Shown: piece by piece, positions 50,026 to 63,119 of the stretch | Position numbering within the stretch: position 1 is the first letter of the stretch | How the letters are laid out: the number at the start of each line of letters is the position of its first letter | Origin: Eledone cirrhosa | Taxonomy: Eukaryota | Assembly: GCA_964016885.1 (NCBI GenBank) | Contig: OZ024743.1 | Span: 51,956,001-52,020,000, forward strand | DNA length: 64,000 nucleotides | Direction: 5' to 3' | Made by a program: the position numbers and the translations under genes | Notes under the pieces: generated by a model | Told to the model about the DNA's origin: nothing | What the model saw: the letters and a program-made list of their open reading frames with translations, nothing else | Database searches by the model: none

Positions 50026-51589
50026 AATATGGTTTTATAAATATAGTTTCCATTTATTAATATATTGTATATATATATATATATATATAAAATGTGGGTA
50101 ATATTAAATATTATCCAATTACAAGTATGATAATAGCTCAGTGTAAAATAACAAATATAATACAGAGCCTTGTGCTTGGATGAAACGAATATATACTGTA
50201 TATATAAAAGAATAAATCGTATTACTGTGTCATGAATGTTGTTCCATAGTTCTACTCTCGCTTTATTGTCATCTTGACTTAGATTAAGGCAGACTGCTCT
50301 GATTTTAGTGAACAGGCGACGCTGTTAACTGCACCGCACATATATCACTTTTGCAAGGACTATTTCTTTGTATATATGCTGACAAATCAAGAGCATCGAT
50401 GTTCATATTAAATTTTATTTCGAAGAAAATATTGTTTAAAAGTTTAAATTTTCCTTTTATTGTTAAAAATGTTATTATTTCCTAAAAAAAAAGAACCTTT
50501 GGTTTTACTGTCTGGTCTTATGGTAAGCATTTTAGAGCGTATTAATTTAAAGTTAATAAATAGTTCGCTGTGAAGTTTCCCGCATATATTCGAAGTTGTT
50601 ACGAATGTCATGAAATATTTATTGGAGATTACTACTTAACAAACAGGTTGGTATCTGTTGCTTCTTTAAATGTTGTCACTAAATGTAAAACGACAATAGA
50701 TACAGATGAGAAATTGTATATTTTAGTCTGTTTTAATATACGAGTTGTTGATAGTTCCAGGTGAACTATGTACTCACAGTCTAGAATATAGTGAATGGGA
50801 CAGTAGAGTTGTAGATATACCATTTAAAGATATATTTCCAACTAGACATCTCAGCGACCCTGTAAAACACCATCAATTAATAATTATTGACACTAACATC
50901 TTATGTTTATTATGCATATACTTGTATTTAATCGTATATATATATATAATATATATATATAAATATAATGTCGTATAAAAATAAAATACTCGACACAAAC
51001 ATCAGATGTTAGCTCACAGTCCAAGCGGTCATAATCGAGGATGTTTCAGAGGATATCCATTATTATTTAACGCTCCCTTCCTTAAAAACAAAGGTGTTAT
51101 TTGAGGGTGATTTTGTTAAGATATATTAAAGCAGTGACCCTTGAAATGTGTAAACTACAAGAAATTCGTGTTTATATTTATCTACCTTGGTAAGATGTCG
51201 ATGTATCATTTGGGACGCCACAGGTAGCGACTTTTTGCTCCATCCTATATCCTATATGCTGCGGCCAAGGTAAGGGTCACCGTATTATTATCAGCAAACT
51301 ATGCTGGGGGTCGATAAAATAAAGTACCAGTAATGTACTGGGTAATTGCTGGCTTTGTGTCAAAAGTAGAAACAATTATTATCAGCAAACTATCATCTTT
51401 TCGACCTGTGACATTCGAGATATTTGGTTGCTGACAACGAGGTTCTCATTGTTGGCGGCTCACCTTACCGACAGGCCCTTTGTTAATCTTTGGGGCGGGA
51501 ACGGTAGGAGCTTCAGAACATTCTGGGTAGGCAAGGAACATATTTTAGGACGGTTTTTATAAACTTTCCTTTTTCTCCTCCCTGGGAGG

Positions 51590-53555
51590 GTTGTGGGAGC
51601 AGAGTCCTCAAGCACACCTCCCAACAGGTCCTGTCAGAAGCATCTGTCTCCAATTGATCCGGCTGGGTCTTCAAGCAAGACAAGCCGAGATGTTATCCAA
51701 CCACCTTGCTTGAGTTTACTCTTGGGTTTCCTATTCGTTGACTTTCGCCGTAAAATTTATCCAGCATTTTTTTCCTGACATTCCATAATATCGAAAATGT
51801 GATCTCAGTGAAGTAGCGACTCTCTGATCTCCGACCTAACCATTCTATTGAGTAACCTTACTCCAGAGACTCTTCAGAGGAACCCCATTTTGGCCGCTTG
51901 TTTTCACGATTGTATTTCGGTCATTACCCAAGATTCACGACCATAGGTACATGTTGACATGAATACTGAATTGAAGATAGTGAGTTTGGTTTTAATGCCT
52001 ACCTCCTTTCTTTTGACGACTGAGTGCCGACCTTGCACTTAATTCAGCTTCCTGCCTTCCATCACTCATGATCATGGCCCCAAGATACTTGAACTTTTCC
52101 ACCTGCTTCAGTGGAACTCTTCTCACATGTAGTGTGCACTGCATAGACTTACTAGAGATGACAAGTGTCTCAGTCTTTGCAGCACTGATTTTCATTCCAG
52201 CCACACAGCATCCAGCACCAAAGCTATGAAGTGCATGTCGTAGATCACCTTCTGACGAGTTTGAAAATTCACCTGCTAGTCGTGATACCACTTCCAATCC
52301 GACTGCACATGTCAATCCTGTTTATGAAGATTATGAACAGGAGTGATAACAGTATGCACCCTGGATGAAGTCTAACTCACACATTGAATGATTTAGATTT
52401 AGCACCATTTATCCGAACCCAAACACTAGGACATTTGTATAGAGACAGAGCAACAAGAAGCTGTTCATCGATCCAACAACTCCTGCAGAACTTTCCACAG
52501 CAGGTCTCATGGAATGCAGTTGTTTGCTTTTTCAAGGTCTACGAAGCGAGCATACCCCCCCCCCCCCTGGCAGTACTCCCATGACTTTCAAAGACCTGCC
52601 CTAGTGTGAATATTTGGTCGGCTGTTCTGCATCTGAGGCAAAAACCACACTGTTCATCAGCTAGCTTGGACTTGACAATCTCTTTGCCAGACACTTAGCA
52701 TAGACTTTACTAAGAAGGCCCCTGTATAATTGAAGCAATCTCTCTTGTCTCCCTTTTTGTAAATTGGGTTTATCACTCCTGATTGCCATTACTTAGGTGC
52801 CTTTCCAGAGATCTAGGCCACCCGGCACACAAGTCAGCCAGAGAGTACCTTCTCTATTTAAGGCTTTTAACATCCTCCCCAGTGGCCTAGCCACATTTGA
52901 GCTCTTTAATTACACTTGTGACCTCACCCTTCAACAGGTTAGTCATCACTCCCAGATGCACCTTGTATACATCCAAAGATGCTGTTGTGACTGGCTTTAG
53001 GAGATCAGAAAAGTATTCTCTCTCCCTTGCGAGGTTGCATCTCTCTGAAGAGAGAACTCCAGACATGTTCCTGATAGGAGGTTAGGAGGAGGACTTCTTA
53101 TTACGAAGTTGGCAGATGGTCTGCCAGAACATTTTATTTGCTTATCTGAAGTCAGATTCCAGCTTAACCCAAAAGTCCTCCCATGTCTTAACTTTGGATG
53201 CCTTTTCTGTCTCTGCCATGACTTTTTGCACCTGCTTATACTGCAAATGCAAGGAGGGTTTATTTCCAAGCCAAGCTTTGTAGGCCTTCTTTACTCAGAT
53301 GGCATCTTTGACTTTTGATTGAACCACCCGGTGCCACACCAAGCTGATTCTGTTAAATGTTCTTGTTAAGAAAGAGGTTGAGCTATTAACTAATCACCGT
53401 CCAGTCATCTTCAACCTGTGACTACCTAAAGCCAAAGAAGCCCACAAAACTGGCAGGTCCAGGCTGACCTACAGGATAAAGTGGGAAGTGTTGGTGGATA
53501 AGGAAGTCAGGTATGTGGATACTATTACATTAAAATTCAGAGAACTCCCCAACTG
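51590..53555 (-). mobile_element. Degraded RTE-clade LINE with inverted 5' segment
   Basis: Minus strand: GMKISAAKTETL, LKQVEKFKYLG, degenerate RT motifs. 3' end homologous to 59965-60190. Plus strand 53366-53555 encodes VKKEVELLTNHRPVIFNL..RIKWEVLVDKEVR (end of APE domain). Confidence 0.8.
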
Positions 53556-54029
53556 AGGAAGTTTTTATAAACCCTATTTTCTAAATCTGTCCATTGTTAA
53601 AAGTAAAGGGATAGTGCCAGCCATGACTATCACAACATTTTAGTCTTGCTATCACCCACAGCAATGCTGCTAGTATGTTGGTTTACCTCAAAATTTGAGG
53701 GAAACTCCAGTGTCCCTTTTGCCATATGATTGAGTGTGCATGTCTTCTCTCACTCCCTCTTTTTTTAAATATATAAATTCTGTTTATTTCAAAGTATAGA
53801 TATTAAAAAATGGTAAATTAATAGAAAAGTACCTGTTGAGGTTTGGTAAGAAATTGTTTTTTTCTAGGATTTCTTTTATGTTTTTTCAACAAATCTGACC
53901 TCCAACTCACTCATAAATGATTTCTTTTTCTCCAAATGGAGGGTGGGTATGAGTGAGCAGCAAGTAATGCAAGTGGATGCATGTGTTTTGAAAATGGAAG
54001 ACATTTTTAAAATTTGGGCAAGTTGTAAT

Positions 54030-55120
54030 TTTGATTACTATGAACGTATATGCAACTTCTATAGTGATAATGCAAAAAAGTATTGACTTCTTGCATTCAC
54101 ATGGTGTCCTGCCCCAAACAGAAAACTGTTCACATTGCAATTCTGAAGGTGTGTATCGAAAAGATCAAAATTTATGGCTATGTAGAAAAAGTTATGTTGT
54201 CTCTAGATTGAAAAAATGATGGTTTTGTAACTATTTTGTATCTGATTTTAAAGGTTCCCTTGTAAACAACACGCATTCTTCCATGGAAAATCATTCTTTT
54301 CACTAACCATTTTTTAACCCTTTAGCATTTACATTACTCTATATTTACTATTATATTTTCACGGTTAACACTTTATCTCACATAATATCGAATCTATGAG
54401 ATTTTGATATTATTTATTTTGAGAAAAATACCTTAACATGAGTATGAGCAGCCGGTTTGAACAGAAAGAGGTGAGAGAATTCTGGCTGGATATGGCGGAT
54501 TTAAATGCTAAAGGGTTAAGCCACTTATGTGACCACAGAACTATGTTGAAATGTTTACTGGATGCCATACTCTAGTGATGTTACAGATCTATGGTTCACT
54601 AATCGGGAATTGATTTGCAAGAAAAATGTTGATGTGGAGCCTAATGTAACCTTCACCATAAATATGAAAGAGGTTGGGTTTTGAGGCAGATTTAGTTGTT
54701 TGGTGGGATGGAACAAATTAGTAAATATCACTTTCAGGTGAATTTAGATAGCATTAAACGTGACAAGCCACACTGCTTCCTCTCATCCAAAAATATATTC
54801 AATCTGGCTCGATTATTTATAGCGATTTCTGAACTGCTTACAACAATTTAAACAGTTTGGGTTATAACCATTTTGAAAATTTTGTACATAAAAAAGAAGG
54901 AAAAATATATACACACAAAGTATTTTTGAATAGATTTGAAAGAGTTGGTACAAAGACTGGGCATTTGGTTAACATATTTAGAGCAGTATCTGGCTAGATA
55001 TTTATTCATGTTTTCTAATGAAAATGAAGACTATCTGTTATACAAATTCTTTATTGAGGCAGCCAATCTATATCCACCTGTCTCAAATTGCCAGCAACCA
55101 GGAAGATTCAGAATTTGAGG
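54030..55120 (+). pseudogene. Merlin/IS1595-like transposase relic
   Basis: SIDFLHSHGVLPQTENCSHC..WLCRK (zinc ribbon); TLLPLIQKYIQSGSIIYSDF*TAYNNLNSLGYNH at about 54770-54872; YLEQYLARYLF. Many stops; TIRs not identified. Confidence 0.6.
54318..54515. mobile_element. piggyBac-type MITE (198 bp) with TTAA target site duplication
   Basis: TTAA|CCCTTTAGCATTTA ... TAAATGCTAAAGGG|TTAA; truncated left-end copy at 23041-23160. Confidence 0.9.
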
Positions 55121-56925
55121 AAGAAGATGAAGAAAGTTTGACAACTGCATAAGTCATTTTTAATGTTTTTCAGTTCCACCATTTCTTTCATTTTGCTCAC
55201 TACCTCAACCTTCCATTATTTGTGGATTGGCAGTATCGGTAGAGGGTCGGACGCCATGCTTTCCAGCATAGTTACGTCCCTTTACGATCTGAATTCAAAT
55301 CCCGCCGAGGTTGACTTTGCCTTTCATCCTTACGGGGTCGATAAAATAAAGTACCAGTAATGCACTGGGTAATTGCTGGCCTTGTGCCTAAAGTAGAAAC
55401 AATTATTTCTTGTTATTACAGTTAACTAAAAATCGAATAATTTCCAATGTTTTTGTCAGATTCGCTGAAAACATAAAAAAAGAAGAAAAAAAATTTCTCA
55501 CCGAACAGCAGAGAGCGCCCTCTCTGTTTTCTGAAAAAGGAGTTGTTTGTGAGTTGGAGTCAGATTCGTTGAAAAAACGAAACAACTTAGAAAAGAAAAA
55601 ATACCCACCAAAAAAAAAAACTCTGATGGTGCGAAACTCCAAGGGTTCCGCTCCCCCAGAAGACCGTTTTTTAAAAAATGGGTGTAAAATTATGTGCATG
55701 TGTAGATCTTGTGTTTAGGGTGTTAGGTTGCAGGTTCAATTCCTGTACTTGGCAGTGCAATGTGTTCTTAGGCAGGAGGCTTCATTGTTTTCCATGATAG
55801 GATTGGGTCCCCTAATGTTAATGCGAGAAACCTCCTATGAGATGCAACTTCATAGCAGGTGAACTAAACCTGCATAAGTTGGGACTAGGGCACCTATCAT
55901 TAAAATACCCAAGAGATCTGAGATCTTAGCTAAATCAACATAGGTGTGAGCTGTAAATTTCTTTTATATCTTTCGGTGCACCCGCCACCCTTCAAAAATA
56001 GTGCTCTACGAACCAAATCCCTTTTTTAAGATGTTAGAGCAAGTTCTTTTTCAGTGTAACTTTCTAGACTCATACATTCTACAGTCTTGTGTCATCCAAT
56101 ATATAGGTTCAATGTTATTAGGTGTGATGTATCCCCTTCAACTTCAGTATTCCCATTTAGGCTGGGTCTCCAGTTTAAAAATACTTTCCACCAGTTGTGG
56201 GATCCCTGAAAACTGTCAGATTAGGTTAATGTGGGGGCTGTACCATATACTATAAAGGGGCCCTAATTTTTTTTTAAATGTGACATAAAAGTTAATTAGT
56301 ATTGTAGTATGGTATAAAGGACTTTGCATGGGATCACTAAAAATGTGAGCCCATAGCAAATGCTACTAGATTAATCCAACACTGCTTGAAAAAGGTCATG
56401 GGAATTGCCCTTCCCCCTTTGACTAAACAGTAAAAAATAAAAATGTATTCAATATTATGTAACCTCAGACAGAATACATCTCTTGTATTGGCATGACTAA
56501 GTTTGCTTTGCAACAATATGGTTTCATGTTCAGTTCCACTGTGGTGTCTTGGACAAGTGTTTTCTACTATAGCATTAGGTTGACTAATGTCTTAAGTAAA
56601 ATTTTGTTGATGGAACCTGTGCTGAGGCCTATGGTATATATATATGTGTGTGTCATTGTCTGTGTTTATGTCGCGTAACTTAGCGGTTTGACAAAAAAAG
56701 TTTACTGAAATAAGTACTGGACACGAAAAAAATAAGTACTGGGGTTGATATAATGAACAATATCTCAATATAAGTGGCGCTCCAGCATACACACAGTCCA
56801 ATGACTGAAACTAATAAAAGATTAAAAGTGTAACTTCGTTATTTCAAAGTTGACTAATGAGTGAAATTTGTAAGGTGGAAAATGTATAGAAGCCTGTTAT
56901 ACATATTTATCATCATCATTGTTTA

Positions 56926-56971
<46 letters not shown>

Positions 56972-57685
56972 GCAAAAAGTAAACAGAAATAACAAAACAA
57001 ATGACACAGTACAATGAAGAAATAAATTAGTTTTATGCTTGATGTTGTAGGAAAAGAGTCTATGTGTTTGTGTCTACATCCCGTAACTTAATGATTCAAC
57101 AAAAAAATGTGAAATTGCCTGAACAAGACAGAACAAGCTGCCAGGAATCAAAAAGCAATTGTGAGCAGAACACCTTAACCACTAAGCTATGTGCCTTTAC
57201 ATTGTTATATTAATGGTGACTGGCACTTCTCACTGTTGGCACAAACAACAACTGAGTAAGAAATTTCTATTGATTTACATCAAAGAGATATTCAATTTCA
57301 ATTCCACATTGCATACATTAACGCTATATAATCTAGTTTTTCCTCATTTTTCCCCTCTTCTTTCAAATTCCTAAATCTATGAGATGTTCTGCTTGCAGCT
57401 ACTTAATGTTCAGTAGTGATAGTATTGGTAGCAGTGTCAGTAGTAGCAGGGTAATGGTAAATTCTTCTTTACAGATCAATTACCTGCATATATATATTGG
57501 AATCAGTGTGTGTGTGTATGTATGTATGTATATATATATATATGTGTATATATATGTGTATGTATATATATATATTTATATATGTGTCTGCGTGTATATA
57601 TATATATTTATATATGTGTATATATGTATGTGTGTGTGTGTGTATATATATATTTATATATGTGTATATATGTATGTGTGTATAT

Positions 57686-58215
57686 AATAAAGTAAAATAA
57701 ATAAGTCAAATGTTTAAAATTTAGCTTCGTTTATTACTGCTATATATATTTCGGTGACAACCAACTTTGGCTGTGACCTCTTCAGGCAGTCCGAATTAGT
57801 GTGGTATAGACAAGTACATATGTTGTTGAGGTGTATAATTTTGTCAATACTCTGATATGCCCAGTTCCTGGTTGGGTTGTTATTTCACTAAGGAACTGGA
57901 ATCATATGAATTCAAACAAACGAATTTCAGTGTCAAAGGGCCTCTTCTCCTCTCATTGGTCAATTGTAAGAACATTCCTCATTCAAAAGTCTATAGAAAT
58001 TCGTTCTGAGGCAAGCCAATCTGTAGTTCTTGTTATTGTTAGGTACATCTGATCTCAATTCTTGTGTTGGTAGTGTTGTTATTGTTGGAGTTAGCTTAAA
58101 AAATTGATAAAGTGGTAGAAGGAACAAGGTGGTAAAGGAATAAAATAACAAAAAAATGTCAAACTTCCCATTGGTCAGTTTTGAGAGCATTCCTCAGTCA
58201 GAAGTCTATAGAAAT
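57686..58215 (-). mobile_element. Solo pLTR of the PLE 1 family
   Basis: Aligns with 24617-25210; embedded in TA/TG microsatellite. Confidence 0.9.
57736..57790 (-). ncRNA. Type I hammerhead ribozyme in the solo pLTR
   Basis: ACTGC CTGAAGA GGTCACAGCCAAAGTTGGTTGTCACC GAAA TATATA TA GCAGT. Confidence 0.82.
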
Positions 58216-58834
58216 GTGTATGTATATATATTTATATATGTGTATATATATATATATATTTATATGTGTATATATATATGTGTATATATATATGTTTATG
58301 TGTATATATATATATATTTATATGTGTATATATATATATGTGTGTATATATATACTTATATGTGTATGTATATATATACTTATATGTGTCAGGTCACCAG
58401 TTGGTGCTACTAGTAACATGTATCCCAGTACAACCTGTCCCATGGTCGGGTCGTTGGCGACTAAACTGGCAACCCCACCAAGGTTTCTTGGTGAGGAGGG
58501 TGACTTTGGACATCCTGCAGGACTAAAAACAAAACCTGTCAAAGGGCAAAGGAGCTCTTTAGAGTCAATGGCCATCCAAAATCACTGGGAGAGATGACCC
58601 CTTAGCCTTTGTCAAGGCAGAATTCTAGGAGAAGGAAAACTCTGATATAACACCTGCAACTCTGATGGTATCCAATGATGTTGACTTGTTCTTCTTTTTG
58701 GTAAATATTATCTTGGTTAAGAGAGTGGGACTGGCTTTGTGCAGTGCCTTTGCTCACTATAAAAGCTTCACGGCACAGGCATTGCTTTATATCTGGAGAT
58801 CTCTGATCTCTCTGCACTTGTCGTCACATGGTAC

Positions 58835-59000
58835 CATGGGCCCAGCACTATGTGTCAATAATTGTCACAGGTGTAGTGTTTGTACCAGAGTTTTCAAGTC
58901 GCTGGCTGGACTAAAAAGTCACACTCGTTCAGCGCATTGGTAGGGGTTCTCCTACATGGATATAAAGTAGTGGCCGTACTCGAAAACGAGTTGGCAGCCA
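58835..59000 (+). mobile_element. 3' end of an RTE-like LINE with terminal C2H2 zinc finger
   Basis: HRCSVCTRVFKSLAGLKSHTRSAHW* followed by a short UTR and microsatellite. Confidence 0.55.
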
Positions 59001-59469
59001 CCATATGTGTATATATATATGTGTGTGTATATATATATATATTTCTGTGTATATATGTGTATATATATATTACCCAATTACACCTCTCAAAGGCGATGAC
59101 ACACGACCGTGACCTCTGGCGTCACGCAGTAATACAGAGTACCCGACCTCCCATGGGTACAAGCTGAAGCATATAGACAATATGCCCCCACACCCTCCCA
59201 CTGCAAGGTGGTCGTGGAGGTGCCATGGCAAAAAAGCACCCAACCCATACTCTAAAGTGGACGTGTAGACGCCACGGAAAAAAAGCACCCAGCACTCACT
59301 GTAAATGAGGTTGGTGTTAGGAAGGGCATCCAGCTGTAGAAATCAAGCCAAATCAGTTCCTGTATGAGCAAGGCATGGTCAGCCGACCAGACACTGCCCA
59401 CAACAGGACAACCCGTCTAACCCATGCTAGCATGGAAGACCGGACGTAAAACAGTGATGATGATGATGA

Positions 59470-59962
59470 TATATATTTATGTGTATATATATGTGTATAT
59501 ATATATATATATGTGTATATATATATATATATATTTATGTGTATATATATGTGTATATATATATATATGTATGTATATGTGTATATATATATGTGTATAT
59601 ATATATGTATATGTGTATATATATATGTATATGTGTATATATATATGTATATGTGTATATATATATGTATATGTGTATATATATGTATATGTGTATATAT
59701 ATGTATATGTGTATATATATGTGTATATATATATGTATGTGTATATATATATGTGTATATGTGTATATATATGTGTGTGTATATGTATATATATGTGTGT
59801 GTATATGTGTATATATATATATGTGTATATATATATGTGTATATGTATATATATATATGTGTGTATATGTATATATATATGTGTGTGTATATATATGTGT
59901 GTGTCTATGTATATATATGTGTATATGTATATATGTGTATATATATATGTGTGTGTCTATGT
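59470..59962. repeat. (TA)/(TG) compound microsatellite
   Basis: Direct reading; similar tracts at 9646-9752, 19810-19942, 20750-20898, 57505-57685 and 58215-58388. Confidence 0.95.
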
Positions 59963-59964
59963 AT

Positions 59965-60230
59965 AGGCATGTGGTTAGAAAGTCTCAGGAAAGAAACGCT
60001 GGACAGATTTTACAGGCACAACCAACAGGCAAGAGACCCAGGGGTAGACCCCAAGCAAGATGGTTGGATAACATCTATGAACTTGGCTGGTCTTGCTTGG
60101 GGATCCAGTTGGATCATTTGGAGAAGGTTGCTTCTGACTGGACCTACTGGAAGGAGTGTTTGAGGACTCTGGCCTGACAACCCTCTGAGGAATAAGTGGG
60201 CGAAGAAGTATAAATATAATCATCATCATT
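59965..60230 (+). mobile_element. 3' fragment of an RTE-clade LINE
   Basis: [41 protein letters not shown]. Confidence 0.75.
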
Positions 60231-60463
60231 TAACGTCTATCTTCCACGCTAGCGTAGGTTAGACGGGAGTTGTCCCACTTGAGGCAAGATTGGTCAGGTG
60301 ACCGTGTCTCACTCGTAAAGGACTATCTGGCAGGTTTTCTATGGCTCGATGCCCTTCCTAACACCAACCACATTTACAGTGTGGACAGAACTTTTTACTG
60401 TGTTACCTACACGACCACATTACAGCGTGGACTATGTTTTTTGTTGTGACACCTACACCTATG

Positions 60464-60502
<39 letters not shown>

Positions 60503-60567
60503 ATTTGTATATATATATGTATATAAAGAATTTGTAGTTTACTTGAAGCATTGTATAAGGCATAAAG

Positions 60568-60745
60568 AATTCAAAGTTTGAAAGCCACAAGAATGCAGTT
60601 GGACAGAAAATAATTAAGTCGTAAGAAACGAGGAGTGTTTTTTTACCTTAAAATAAATTAAGGTAAAAAAAACACCCCTCATTTCTTACAATTTAATTAT
60701 TTTCCGACCAATTTGCATTGTCGTGACTTTCAAACTTCAAATTTT
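60568..60745. repeat. Imperfect ~85 bp-arm foldback (MITE-like)
   Basis: aagaaacgaggagtgttttttacctta / taaggtaaaaaaaacacccctcatttctt plus outer arms gtttgaaagccac / gtgacttttcaaac. Confidence 0.65.
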
Positions 60746-62044
60746 TTAATATATGTAATATGTATACATCCATGTAATAAAGATTTTTTTTGTTTTTGTG
60801 AAGCAAGAGACTCCTAGACTTCATTAAGACATATCTAGGAGAAGGCCACTCTGATATAAACCTGTGACGTCGTTAATATCCAATGATGTAGACCAGTTTT
60901 ACTTTTTGGGTAAATGCATTCGATGTTCAGAGAGTGGGATTGGGCCCATGCAAAACCTTTCCTCACTTAAAAAGTTTCAAGCACAGGCATCACTTGATAT
61001 GTGATGTTTTTTGCGATGCATGGTATTACTAGCCTTAGGTAAGTCCCGAGCAGGACTAAAGAGCCAAGTCTGTGATGCTCATTACTTGGAATCAAGTTGC
61101 AGCCATCATCATATGTATATGTAGTAATACAGAAGACCCAACTTCCCATGGGTACAAGCCGATGCTGAAGCAATATATATGGTCGTGGGAGTGTCACGAC
61201 AAAATCGTCCAACCCATTCTAGCGTGGAAGATAGACGTTAAATGATGATGATGATATATATATTTACTGTATTCCAGTTTGAAAGTCAGTGGATATATTT
61301 CCTCCTGTTGAAGCTTGTTTTCTGAATTTATAAAGAAATGAAATAAATTAAATAAACAACTAAATGAAACAGCATTGAATCAACTGAAATAAACTGTTAA
61401 TTAGATTAATTCATTAACCTTTCCACCTACCATCTTCCCTCCCTCTTTTCTTCTTCGCCTTTCAACTCATTACACTACTTTTGTCCTTTTCCATTTATCT
61501 CTCTGGTTGAGAGGAGTGGTGGGGAGACCCACTGTTATTGTTTCTCTTTCATCCTGTTGTTCCTTCAATCTTCACTATTTGTTTCATAAATTCTCCCCCT
61601 CTCTCTCATCTTTCATCTGTATCTTTCTTTACACTACCTTCCTCTTTCTATCCCTCTCTCCCTTTTTACACTATCTTCCTCCCTATATTCTCTTACCTTT
61701 GCTCTCTTCCTCCTACCCTCATGCTCTATCAAGCGCTGTTATCTCCAATCTCTATCTCTTCCTGTCTCTCTTGCTCTCTAATTTGTATACTTTCACCCAA
61801 CCAATTTAACTCTTTTACACACATATTTCTCATTAATTTTACTATTACACACAGTCTCTGATCTATTTTACCAACTCTGTTTACCCAGCTGTTGTCACTA
61901 TCTTTCACATCAATATAGCAATCCATTATCTTACCAGTCATGCCCTCCCCCTTTCATCCTGTTATTCCTTTAATCCTCACCTCAGTATATATATACATAT
62001 ATTTTCAGTACTTCAAAAGCTGACAATTGGGCTTATATTACAAT

Positions 62045-62750
62045 TCTATGAGCAGGTATGGCATGGCCAACTGGCCAGACACTCCTCATATCAGAACCAC
62101 CCAGTCCCACATGGTAAATATGGTTGGTGTTTAGGAAGGACATCGAGCAGCTGAAATGGGGTCCAGTATGAGCTAAGTATGGCACAGCCAACTGGCAAGA
62201 CTATCCCTGTAAGTGGGACCACCCACCCCCACACTGTAAATGTGGTTGGTGTTAAGAAGGGCATCCAGCGGCTGAAAAAATCCAGACAAAACGCGGCCCC
62301 ATATGAACAAGTTCCGGGAAGACCAACTTGCAAGACCCTCCCCATAACGGCAACACACAGTTCCTCGCTATAAATGTGGTTGTTGTTAGGAAGGACACCT
62401 AGCAACCATAAAACCCTAACAAAGATACTGTCCCATATGAGCAAGGTACGGTGCGGTTAACTGGTTAGGCTTGTTTTATAAAGGTGACCGCCTAATCTCA
62501 CGCTGTAAATGTGATTGGTGTTAGGAAAGGCATCCAGCAGATGTAAAAATCCTCAGCCAAAACACAAGCCCTACTATGAGTAATGTTCGACGCAGTTAAC
62601 TGGCCAGACCTACCTCATTAAGGGTTTACCCAGCTCCCAAATATGGAGCTGCTAGGGTATGGCACAGCCAACTGGCCAGATCCCTCTCATAATGGGACCA
62701 CCTAGTTCCACACTGTCAACGTGATTGGTGTTAGAAAGGGCATCCAACTA
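62045..62750 (+). repeat. Degenerate tandem array (~120-135 bp unit) of a SINE/RTE-UTR-like module
   Basis: ggttggtgttaggaagggcatccagc at about 62122, 62244, 62378, 62513 and 62723; single copies at 59309 (+) and about 60345-60372 (-). Confidence 0.75.
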
Positions 62751-63119
62751 AAAAAACTGCTGCTTTTGTTTTTTTATCGTTCTCTTCGTTATTGTCTGTT
62801 GTATTTCTTCCCGGATAGCTATCTATTTTAGCTTTTAACGCACTACAGTGAGATGTACTGTCTTTAATACGTTCAAAACATCAGTGATTCACAGAAGACA
62901 TCCAATGAGTGGGAATTGTCCTTGTGTTTATGTTACTCTCACATTTTATAAATAATATTTATTGGTAACCACACAGCGGCATTCTCACTTAGTATCGAGT
63001 ACTCTGGTGTGTTATGGTCCACCTGGTTTCTTACCACATTTTCTTTGTTATATATATATATATATATATGTAGGAGGTGAGTTTTATTGTAGCACAATAA
63101 AGCAATGCAAATATCGGAT

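Larger units (their letters stand above)
48700..50075. mobile_element. ORF-less cluster of PLE pLTR pieces arranged as palindromes
   Basis: Homologous to 32040-32260. Inverted arms at about 48803-48938 and 49424-49797 (centre 49610/49611); direct copy at 49883-50075. Confidence 0.85.

Noticed and set aside
50100-51300. Unique sequence with a possible splice donor (atg|gtaagc near 50522)
   Set aside because: A single donor-like hexamer without an ORF or transcript evidence is insufficient.
58390-58560. Possible HDV-like ribozyme in an RTE-type 5' UTR (GGTCACCA/TGGCGACT pairing)
   Set aside because: Could not assemble P3/L3, P1.1 and J4/2 consistently.
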